Assembly: GCA_965219575.1 (NCBI GenBank)
Contig: OZ244779.1
Span: forward strand, 1,132,769-1,196,768
DNA length: 64,000 nt
Direction: 5' to 3'
Source of the DNA: Candidatus Oxydemutatoraceae bacterium
GTDB taxonomy: Bacteria; Pseudomonadota; Gammaproteobacteria; Poriferisulfidales; Oxydemutatoraceae
Shown: one piece after another, positions 21,214 through 29,270 of the stretch
How the letters are laid out: each line of letters opens with the position of its first letter
Position numbering within the stretch: the first letter of the stretch is position 1
The notes under the pieces: model-generated
What the model saw: the letters and a program-made list of their open reading frames with translations, nothing else
Databases searched by the model: none
Told to the model about the DNA's origin: nothing
Position numbers and translations under genes: made by a program

Positions 21214-22536
21214 ATGAAACAAATGAAAATCGGTCTACTCGGTTTGGGTACCGTCGGTTGCGGCATGATTGAAGTATTGTCGCGCAACGCACCGGAAATC
21301 GCCCGTCGCGCCGGATGTCGATTGGAGGTCGTTGCGGCAACGGCGCGCGATCTGAACAAAACACGCAGCGTCAATTTGTCGGGCATACAGCTGGTTGCCG
21401 ACCCGATGCAAATTGTGACCGACCCGCAGATCGATATAGTCGTAGAACTCATCGGCGGCAACGAACCGGCGTACAGCCTAATCGTCGCAGCGATAGAGTC
21501 CGGCAAACATGTGGTGACCGCGAATAAAGCATTGATTGCCAATCACGGTAACGAGATATTCAAGGTTGCCGGTGAGCAGGGCGTGATGGTGAGCTACGAG
21601 GCGGCGGTTGCCGGCGGTGTGCCGGTTATCAAAGCGATACGAGAGTCTCTGGCAGCGAACCGCATCCAAAGCATAGTCGGCATTATCAACGGCACCTCCA
21701 ACTATATACTGACCGAGGTCGGCGAAAAGCAGCGTAGTTTTACCGAGGCTTTAGCCGATGCACAACGGCTAGGCTACGCCGAGATGGATCCTAGCTTCGA
21801 TGTCGACGGCATCGACACCGCGCACAAGCTGATGATTATGGCGGCGACTGCATTCGGCATCCCGCTACAATTCAATGCGGTGCATATAGAAGGTATACGC
21901 AACATAGAGGTGCAAGATGTTGCGTATGCCGAAGAGCTGGGCTACAAGATCAAGCACTTGGGCATCGCCAAACGTAATAGCGAAGGCAATCGCGAAGGCA
22001 TAGAATTGCGTGTGCATCCGACGCTGATTCCGCTACACTCGATGCTGGCGAATGTCTCGGGTGTGATGAACGCCGTAGTGATAAACAGCGATGCCGCCGG
22101 TGCGACTTTATATTACGGTGCCGGTGCCGGTGGTGAGGCGACCGCCTCGGCGGTGATTGCCGATCTAATCGATGTCAGCCGCGCCCTCAACGCAGACCCC
22201 GAACATCGGGTACCGCATCTTGCTTTTCAGCCCGACGAACTGTCCGACCTGCCGGTGTCGGAAATAGGGCAGACGAAGACGGCGCGTTATTTGCGTCTGC
22301 AAGTCGAAGATAAGTCGGGTGTGTTGGCCAACATCACCCGCATATTGAGCGAATTCGACATCAGTATAGAAGCGGTATTGCAAAAGGATACCGCGACTGC
22401 GCACAACCCGCTGGTACCGCTGGTATTGTTGATTTATCCGGTCAAAGAGTCCGATATCCAAGAAGCGATAACGCAGATGGAGTCGTTGCCCGAAGTGACC
22501 GACCGTGTTATCAGCTATCGTATGGAGATGAATTGA
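21214..22536 (+). CDS. hom: Homoserine dehydrogenase
   Basis: GLGTVG, VVTANKA, EAAVAGGVP, NGTSNYIL, C-terminal ACT domain. Confidence 0.97.
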   Translation: MKQMKIGLLGLGTVGCGMIEVLSRNAPEIARRAGCRLEVVAATARDLNKTRSVNLSGIQLVADPMQIVTDPQIDIVVELIGGNEPAYSLIVAAIESGKHVVTANKALIANHGNEIFKVAGEQGVMVSYEAAVAGGVPVIKAIRESLAANRIQSIVGIINGTSNYILTEVGEKQRSFTEALADAQRLGYAEMDPSFDVDGIDTAHKLMIMAATAFGIPLQFNAVHIEGIRNIEVQDVAYAEELGYKIKHLGIAKRNSEGNREGIELRVHPTLIPLHSMLANVSGVMNAVVINSDAAGATLYYGAGAGGEATASAVIADLIDVSRALNADPEHRVPHLAFQPDELSDLPVSEIGQTKTARYLRLQVEDKSGVLANITRILSEFDISIEAVLQKDTATAHNPLVPLVLLIYPVKESDIQEAITQMESLPEVTDRVISYRMEMN

Positions 22537-23660
22537 GTTATCCGATGCCGGGACTGATAGAAAAATATAGAGATTGTTTGCCGTTGCCTGCCGATGCCGA
22601 GGCAATTTCGTTGTGCGAGGGTGCAACCCCGCTGATTCAACTGCGCAACATTCCCGCACTTTTTGACATAGAGCTTGAATTGTATGTCAAATACGAAGGG
22701 TTGAATCCCACCGGTTCGTTCAAGGATAGAGGCATGACCGTTGCCGTTAGCCATGCGGTTTCGCAAAAACAAAAAGCGGTTATCTGCGCATCCACCGGCA
22801 ACACTTCGGCATCGGCTGCGGCTTATGCGGCGCGAGCCGGAATGCGATGCTTCGTGCTGATACCCGAAGGCAAAATCGCTACCGGCAAACTTGCCCAAGC
22901 GATGATAGAAGGTGCCACGGTGATACAGATCAAAGGAAACTTCGATCAAGGCATGGAACTCGTCAAGCAAGTTACCGAGCAATCCGCCGTTGCCGTCGTT
23001 AACTCGATTAACCCGTATCGCTTGCAAGGTCAAAAGACCGCATCGCTGGAGATTATAGAAGTCCTCGGTGGTGCGCCCGACTACCACTGCTTGCCGGTCG
23101 GCAACGCCGGAAATATCTCGGCGTATTGGATGGGCTACAGCGAGGCGGCAGGGCAAGACAGTTTCTGCATAGACCGAGCACGCACGGCACTATCCGATCA
23201 CTATAAATCGGCATCGGTGATTACCGCAACACGACCTAAAATGTTAGGCTACCAAGCGCAAGGAGCAGCACCGATCCTCGCCGGACATAAAATAGACAAA
23301 CCCGAGACCGTTGCAACCGCGATCAGAATAGGCAATCCGCAAAGCTGGGAGATGGCGGTGAGTGCGAGCCGCGAGTCGCAAGGCTGGTTCGCCGTATGTA
23401 GCGACGACGAAATTCTATCGGCACAACGGCTGCTTGCCGAAAAGGAAGGCATCTTTTGTGAACCGGCATCGGCAATCTCTATCGCCGGCTTAATCAAAGA
23501 CATCGCCGCCGGCAAAATTGAGCCGGGCAGTCGCATCGTCTGCACCTTGACCGGTCACGGACTCAAAGACCCCGATGTTGCAATCCATCAATCCGCCACC
23601 CGAGCAATGCAAGCCGTAGCCCCGGAGTTTAATGCCATCAGCGAACTCATCAACCTGTAG
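22533..23660 (+). CDS. thrC: Threonine synthase
   Basis: NPTGSFKDRG, CASTGNTSAS, PVGNAGN, TGHGLKDP. Confidence 0.96.
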   Translation: MSYPMPGLIEKYRDCLPLPADAEAISLCEGATPLIQLRNIPALFDIELELYVKYEGLNPTGSFKDRGMTVAVSHAVSQKQKAVICASTGNTSASAAAYAARAGMRCFVLIPEGKIATGKLAQAMIEGATVIQIKGNFDQGMELVKQVTEQSAVAVVNSINPYRLQGQKTASLEIIEVLGGAPDYHCLPVGNAGNISAYWMGYSEAAGQDSFCIDRARTALSDHYKSASVITATRPKMLGYQAQGAAPILAGHKIDKPETVATAIRIGNPQSWEMAVSASRESQGWFAVCSDDEILSAQRLLAEKEGIFCEPASAISIAGLIKDIAAGKIEPGSRIVCTLTGHGLKDPDVAIHQSATRAMQAVAPEFNAISELINL

Positions 23661-23687
23661 TAATAAATTATAATCTGCACAATTTAA

Positions 23688-23741
23688 TTCCCCTCCTTGT
23701 AGGGGCGGACTTGCATGTCCGCCCTTAGGGTGGCAGGCGCA
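23688..23741 (+). repeat. Family-A repeat with a REP palindrome in its loop
   Basis: TTCCCCTCCTT [GTAGGGGCGGAC ttgcat GTCCGCCCTT] AGGGTGGCAGGCGCA. Confidence 0.8.
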
Positions 23742-23761
23742 ATAGCCCCACGCGCTTGGTA

Positions 23762-24370
23762 TTAGTTCACCAAAAGCACGACTACACTGAGAATAGAACA
23801 TACCGAAACAAAAATGCCGATAGCGAGCCCAACACCCCATTTATAAATGTCATCTCTCAGTTTAGATTGTTCTCTTAAGATGTCATTTCTCAATTTAGAT
23901 TGTTCTCTTGCAATGGTCGCAATGTCCTTTTTCATTTCTACAATATCAGCTTTTATATTCAAGATGTCGGTTTTCATAACCGCCATCTCAACTTCAATAT
24001 TGTTTAGTCTCAGCTGTATACTTTTTATATCGGCTTTCATGTCTGCCATCTCGGCTTTTATGTCTACGATATCGGCTTCAACATTGTTTAGTCTCAGCTG
24101 TATACTTTTTATATCGGCTTTCATGTCTGCCATCTCGGCTTTCATGTCTACGATGTCGGCTTCAATATTGTTTAGTCTCAGTTTCATGCTTTCTATATCG
24201 GTATCAACATTGCTTAATCTTAGGTCTATACTTTCCATGTATAAACCTGCTTTGTCCGACTGTGGAGCATGTGTTTCCGATTCTAGAAAGTCCAGCTTTG
24301 ACTTCATTTCGAGTACCATTTCATAAATGGTCTTAATTGTTAAGTTATCTACATTTTCTATATTTTCCAT
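23762..24370 (-). CDS. Long coiled-coil protein with 28-aa tandem repeats and a C-terminal membrane anchor
   Basis: 84-bp tandem repeats at ~24000-24182 (LRLNNxEADIVDxKAEMADMKADIKSIQ); hydrophobic tail WGVGLAIGIFVSVCSILSVVVLLVN; GAGG RBS. Confidence 0.75.
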   Translation of the reverse strand: MENIENVDNLTIKTIYEMVLEMKSKLDFLESETHAPQSDKAGLYMESIDLRLSNVDTDIESMKLRLNNIEADIVDMKAEMADMKADIKSIQLRLNNVEADIVDIKAEMADMKADIKSIQLRLNNIEVEMAVMKTDILNIKADIVEMKKDIATIAREQSKLRNDILREQSKLRDDIYKWGVGLAIGIFVSVCSILSVVVLLVN

Positions 24371-24501
24371 TTTTAACCTCTTTAAGTTGAATTATAAGAA
24401 AGAGCCTGCGTTATAGCAAGCCGTCTAATCGTAATCGGATTATAAATTCGGCTATAGGATGCTTTTTCGCGTTTCCGACGAACGGTATCAAAAAAGCGAC
24501 C

Positions 24502-24627
24502 GCCGATTGAGCTTGTAGGGGCAGAATAAAGCTGCCGATTGAGCCAATGGGTCAATCGGCAATTCTGATGTCCGCCCGATAGGTTAATCGGCAATATAAA
24601 TATATCCGCCTTTAGGGTAGCAGGCAT
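24502..24627. repeat. Nested palindrome cluster (C inside REP inside C)
   Basis: GCCGATTGA 24502, GTAGGGGCAGA 24515, GCCGATTGA 24534, TCAATCGGC 24552, TGTCCGCCC 24569, TTAATCGGC 24584. Confidence 0.8.
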
Positions 24628-24739
24628 GATTGCCGCCACTTGTGCTCTCAAGGTAAGCGATGATTTATCGTTCCTACGGCAAATGATGATACTATATAGC
24701 GTTCTAACAATTTGAAATAAAGTAAAAAGGAGTTTTTGA

Positions 24740-25657
24740 ATGGAAGACAGAGACGGTTGGATATGGTACGACGGAGATTTCGTACCGTGGCGCGATGCGC
24801 GCGTCCATGTGCTAACGCATACTTTACATTACGGAATGGGGGTTTTTGAAGGGGTCAGAGCATACCGAAGCGACGAAGGTACGGCAATTTTTCGCTTAGA
24901 CGAGCATACCCGTAGACTGTTCAATTCGGCTAAGATGATGGACATAGAGATACCTTATACCGATGCGCAGCTAAACGAAGCGCAGAAGGAGGTGCTGAGA
25001 AGGAACAATTTGAACACCGCTTATATACGCCCGATGATTTTTTACGGTGCCGAAGGTATGGGTTTGCACACTAAAGAATTGAAGGTGCATGCCATCGTCG
25101 CAGCTTGGGAATGGGGTGCTTATTTGGGAGAAGAAAATATGCACCGAGGGATTAGCGTTAAGGTCTCTTCTATTGCGCGTTATTCGGTTAAGACCGCAAT
25201 GTGTCGCGCCAAAGCGAACGGTTATTATATTAACTCCATGTTGGCACTTCAGGAAGCGCAGCGGCACGGTTATGACGAAGCATTGATGCCCGATGTAGAC
25301 GGTTATCTTGCCGAGGGTAGCGGTGAGAATATATTCATCTTGTCCAAAGGGGTGCTTTACACACCCGATTTGGGTTGCGTGTTGGACGGCATCACGCGTC
25401 GTACGATTATAGAACTTGCCCGTGCCGAGTTGGGTTTGGAAGTGGTAGAGAAAAAAATTACCCGCGACCAAGCCTACATCGCCGACGAGGTATTCTTCAC
25501 CGGCACCGCAGCCGAGGTCACACCGATACGCAAGATCGACGAACGGCAGATTGCCGACGGTAGGCGCGGTCCTATTACAGAAAAATTACAATCGCTTTAT
25601 GCCGATGTGGTCACCGGACGCAACGAGCGATACCGAAAATGGCTGGACTTCGTTTGA
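24740..25657 (+). CDS. ilvE: Branched-chain amino acid aminotransferase
   Basis: LHYGMGVFEGVRAY, YIRP, EGSGENIF, LDGITR, FTGTAAEVTPI. Confidence 0.97.
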   Translation: MEDRDGWIWYDGDFVPWRDARVHVLTHTLHYGMGVFEGVRAYRSDEGTAIFRLDEHTRRLFNSAKMMDIEIPYTDAQLNEAQKEVLRRNNLNTAYIRPMIFYGAEGMGLHTKELKVHAIVAAWEWGAYLGEENMHRGISVKVSSIARYSVKTAMCRAKANGYYINSMLALQEAQRHGYDEALMPDVDGYLAEGSGENIFILSKGVLYTPDLGCVLDGITRRTIIELARAELGLEVVEKKITRDQAYIADEVFFTGTAAEVTPIRKIDERQIADGRRGPITEKLQSLYADVVTGRNERYRKWLDFV

Positions 25658-25670
25658 TCTATACGGTGAG

Positions 25671-27086
25671 ATGAGCGCACTTGCCGACTTTCATAAGTCT
25701 CGGGTATTAATCGTCGGCGATGTGATATTAGATCGCTACATACAAGGCAAAACATCTAGGATTTCTCGCGAAGCCCCGGTGCCGGTCGTGCTGGCCGAAT
25801 CCATCGAAGAACGTCCCGGGGGTGCCGCCAATACCGCAATGAACACCGCCGCGTTGGGCGCACACACGACGCTGATCGGGTTTGTCGGGTGCGATGCCGA
25901 CGGCAAAAAACTCGGCGAATTGCTTGCCGACAGCGCAATAAAAGCTGAACTGCTGGAGAGCAAAAATGCCGAGACGATCGTCAAATCCAGAATTCTCAGC
26001 AAACATCAACAGCTACTTCGTCTGGATCGGGAAAGGGGTTTCCACGACCGAGAAGAACTCACACGGCTTTATGATTGCTATACCGCTTGTTTAGACGATG
26101 CCGATGTCGTCGTGTTGTCCGATTACGCCAGCGGGACGATGCAGGATGCACAAAAATTAATAGCCGCTGCGCGCCAAGCGAATAAACCGGTATTCGTCGA
26201 TCCCCGACAAAGGAATTTTTATTCCTACAAGGGTGCCACCGTGCTGACACCCAACTACGACGAGTTCAGAGCGATTGTGGGTTGCTGCGACGATTTGCAG
26301 ACCCTCGAGCGTTTGGGACTCAAGCTCAAAAAAGATTTATCGCTGACCGCGCTGCTTGTGACCCGTGGCAAAGAGGGTATGTCGTTAATACACGATGCCG
26401 AGCACATCTTTCACCTGCACGCCCAAGCCCGAGAAGTCTACGATGTTACCGGTGCCGGTGATACGGTGATTGCGGTCATGGCAGCTGCGTACGCCTGTGG
26501 TTTATCTCTGCCCGAAGCGATGCGCCTTGCCAATCAAGCGGCGAGCTTGGTCGTTGCGAAGTCCGGCACCGCCACCACAAGTTCCGACGAATTGGAATAT
26601 AGCTTACGACGCGAAGCCGATACCAAAATAGTCCGAGAATTGCCGACGCTACTCGAACAAGTGGCAGCGGCGCGTCGCAAAGGTTTGCGTATCGTCATGA
26701 CCAACGGTTGTTTTGACATACTGCACGCCGGTCATATTCACAGCCTAAGGCAGGCAGCGTCTTTGGGCGATTGTTTGATCGTCGCGGTCAACGACGACAA
26801 CTCGGTACGTCAAATCAAGGGAGCAGAGCGACCGTTCAATAATTTAGATCATCGCCTGAGTGTATTGGCGGAGTTGCACACCATAGATTGGCTCATCCCG
26901 TTTGCGGAAACGACACCGCTTGCGCTAATAGAGGCTATCACGCCGGACATACTCGCCAAAGGTGGGGATTATAAAGTGGAACAAGTGGACGGTTATCAAC
27001 ATGTAATCGCCAACGGAGGGCAAGTGGTGATATTGGATTATGTCGACGGATTGTCCAGCACCAAATTCATAGAGAAACTCACCTGA
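25671..27086 (+). CDS. hldE: Bifunctional heptose 7-phosphate kinase / heptose 1-phosphate adenylyltransferase
   Basis: RISREAPVPV, GGAAN, DVTGAGDT, TNGCFDILHAGH, KGGDY; start taken at ATG 25671. Confidence 0.96.
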   Translation: MSALADFHKSRVLIVGDVILDRYIQGKTSRISREAPVPVVLAESIEERPGGAANTAMNTAALGAHTTLIGFVGCDADGKKLGELLADSAIKAELLESKNAETIVKSRILSKHQQLLRLDRERGFHDREELTRLYDCYTACLDDADVVVLSDYASGTMQDAQKLIAAARQANKPVFVDPRQRNFYSYKGATVLTPNYDEFRAIVGCCDDLQTLERLGLKLKKDLSLTALLVTRGKEGMSLIHDAEHIFHLHAQAREVYDVTGAGDTVIAVMAAAYACGLSLPEAMRLANQAASLVVAKSGTATTSSDELEYSLRREADTKIVRELPTLLEQVAAARRKGLRIVMTNGCFDILHAGHIHSLRQAASLGDCLIVAVNDDNSVRQIKGAERPFNNLDHRLSVLAELHTIDWLIPFAETTPLALIEAITPDILAKGGDYKVEQVDGYQHVIANGGQVVILDYVDGLSSTKFIEKLT

Positions 27087-27087
27087 A

Positions 27088-29022
27088 GTGAACGAGCAAA
27101 TACGACGGTTCATTATATCGGGCATACTTTTACTTGCGTGTCACAGTGTTTTCGCAAACCAGCTACTGGACAAGCAAAGAGCCGTATATGTCAAAGCCGA
27201 ACAAACGCTCAAGCAGGGGCAGGGTGCTTTCTTTTTGCAACAACGCGACTTGCTAAGCACCTACCCGCTATATCCCTATCTGCTGTATTTGGACATGGCA
27301 AGACGCATCGCATCCGTGGAAACCGACACCATCGTTGACTTTCTGAAGGTTTATGACGGCACGCCGGTTGCCGAAAAATTGCGCTATCAATGGTTGAAGC
27401 ATCTGGCGGCTAGAAACAACCGGCAACTATTTGCACAACACTATCGCACTAACCCGTATCACACCGATAAGGAACTCGCTTGTTTTTATGCGCAGAGCTT
27501 GTTGCAAAGCGGCCGTCTTGACGAACTACGCACTTTGACAGAACAACTGTGGTTGGTCAATTTCTCTCAGCCTTCGGAATGCGATGCCGTTTTTTTGTGG
27601 GGTAAACAGACGCAAGTGATCGACCAAGAATTGATATGGCAGAGAATTCTGCTGGTTGTCAGAGGCGGTCGCTTGAAACTTGCCGATTATCTCGCAAAGC
27701 AATTAGATGCCGACGTACGCAAGTGGTATGATTTGCTCAAGCGAGCGCATAATCACCCGTTTAAAGCATTGGCGGAAATAGAAAGCCACTCCAAGGACTC
27801 TCCTTTTCTGCACCAAGTGCTTTTGTATAACCTGTTTCGGGCGCGCAACGAGGATTTGGATAGAACGCATGCATTGTGGAGGAGCATGGCGCAATCTTTT
27901 AGACCGTATCGCGAGGTATACGAACAAGCGCGCAAAGATTTGGGTATCGCTGCGTGTTGGCAATTAGAACCCGAGATGGGGCTGTACTATCTATCGTCCC
28001 TGAAGACCGCCGTTGCCGACGAAAAATTTCATCATTGGCGCATACGGTGTGCGCTGCGCTTGCAGAAATGGAAAACGGTTTTAGAGACCATTGCAGTATT
28101 AGACGAGCAAGACCGCACGAGTAGCAGATGGCTTTATTGGAAAGCACGGGCACTCGAGCGTTTGGGAAGCGACGAAGAAGCGATCGCAATATGGAAGCGC
28201 AGTGCCTCGGAGGCGAGTTATTACGGTTATTTGTCTGCCGACCGCATCGGTGCGCCGTATGCGTTGTCAACCGCCCTTCCCGATGTCGAGCGAGCAACCT
28301 TGAGAACAGTCGGAGATTTGGCTGCGATGAAACGAATATACGAGTTTTATCACATGGCGCGAATTTTCGATGCCAGACGCGAAATGTTATATCTGTTGGG
28401 CAGGGTGGGCAAAGATGAACGCTTGGGTATTGCATTGCTATGCAGACAATGGGGTTGGGCGACTTGTGCGATCGAAGCATTGAGCGACCCGGTGTTTTGG
28501 CATAAAGAATTAGAGCTACGTTTTCCGATGCCGTATCGCGAACTCGTCGGAGCGCAAGCTCGTCTAGCCGATCTGCCGGCGTATTGGATTTATGCGGTGA
28601 TGCGCCGCGAGAGTGCGTTTATAGAAGATATTAAATCACCGGCGGGTGCACTGGGTTTGATGCAGCTGATGCCGGCGACCGCCCGTCGTGTCGCGCAAGA
28701 TGTGAAACTCGGCTACGCCTCTAATCGATCGCTATTGCAACCCAAGCTGAATATGCGGCTGGGCAGTACTTATTTAAGGCAAATGTACCTCGTCAACGAC
28801 CGAAACTGGGCAGCGGCACTTGCCTCGTATAACGCCGGACCTCATCGTGCTAAAAAGTGGAAATCGCAATCACCGGTGTCCGATGCCGATATATGGATAG
28901 AGACGATACCGTTTACCGAAACTCGTCGTTATGTCAGAGCCGTCCTGTTCTATACGGTTGTCTATTACTACAAACTCAACGATAAGGCGATACGATTGAA
29001 AACCCTGATACGGGAAATTTAG
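27088..29022 (+). CDS. slt: Soluble lytic murein transglycosylase (Slt70-like)
   Basis: YPLYPYL N-domain, RRESAF catalytic Glu, GLMQLMP, YNAGP, IPFTETRRYV. Confidence 0.93.
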   Translation: MNEQIRRFIISGILLLACHSVFANQLLDKQRAVYVKAEQTLKQGQGAFFLQQRDLLSTYPLYPYLLYLDMARRIASVETDTIVDFLKVYDGTPVAEKLRYQWLKHLAARNNRQLFAQHYRTNPYHTDKELACFYAQSLLQSGRLDELRTLTEQLWLVNFSQPSECDAVFLWGKQTQVIDQELIWQRILLVVRGGRLKLADYLAKQLDADVRKWYDLLKRAHNHPFKALAEIESHSKDSPFLHQVLLYNLFRARNEDLDRTHALWRSMAQSFRPYREVYEQARKDLGIAACWQLEPEMGLYYLSSLKTAVADEKFHHWRIRCALRLQKWKTVLETIAVLDEQDRTSSRWLYWKARALERLGSDEEAIAIWKRSASEASYYGYLSADRIGAPYALSTALPDVERATLRTVGDLAAMKRIYEFYHMARIFDARREMLYLLGRVGKDERLGIALLCRQWGWATCAIEALSDPVFWHKELELRFPMPYRELVGAQARLADLPAYWIYAVMRRESAFIEDIKSPAGALGLMQLMPATARRVAQDVKLGYASNRSLLQPKLNMRLGSTYLRQMYLVNDRNWAAALASYNAGPHRAKKWKSQSPVSDADIWIETIPFTETRRYVRAVLFYTVVYYYKLNDKAIRLKTLIREI

Positions 29023-29030
29023 CAGTGATC

Positions 29031-29165
29031 TTCCCCTCCTTGCAGGGGCGGACTTACCTGGGGCTGTTGAAGAAGTACTGTTCTGCACGAATATAGTGTC
29101 GGTACATTCCCCTCTTCTGGAGGGGTGGCAGGCGCAAGAACCGCCGATTCTTTTTTCAACAGTCC
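29031..29165. mobile_element. Short MITE (29060-29165) abutting truncated A and REP arms and containing an A unit and a C half
   Basis: TTCCCCTCCTT-GCAGGGGCGGAC-ttacct-GGGGCTGTTGAAGAAGTA ... TTTTTTCAACAGTCC. Confidence 0.7.
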
Positions 29166-29204
29166 GGCATTACTACTTTGGGTTGACAAGTTTTGTGCTT
29201 ACGG

Positions 29205-29232
29205 TTGATTATTATTTCTAAATTGTTATAAT
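29205..29232 (+). promoter_or_regulatory. Putative sigma70 promoter (extended -10) for giant protein 1
   Basis: TTGATT (29205-29210), 16 nt, TATAAT (29227-29232) preceded by TGn; 38 nt upstream of ATG 29271. Confidence 0.5.
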
Positions 29233-29270
29233 CCAAAAAAATTAAAGAAACTATAATAGTTTATTAAAAA

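Noticed and set aside
23847-24326. 159-aa plus-strand ORF
   Set aside because: Antisense shadow of the coiled-coil repeat gene.
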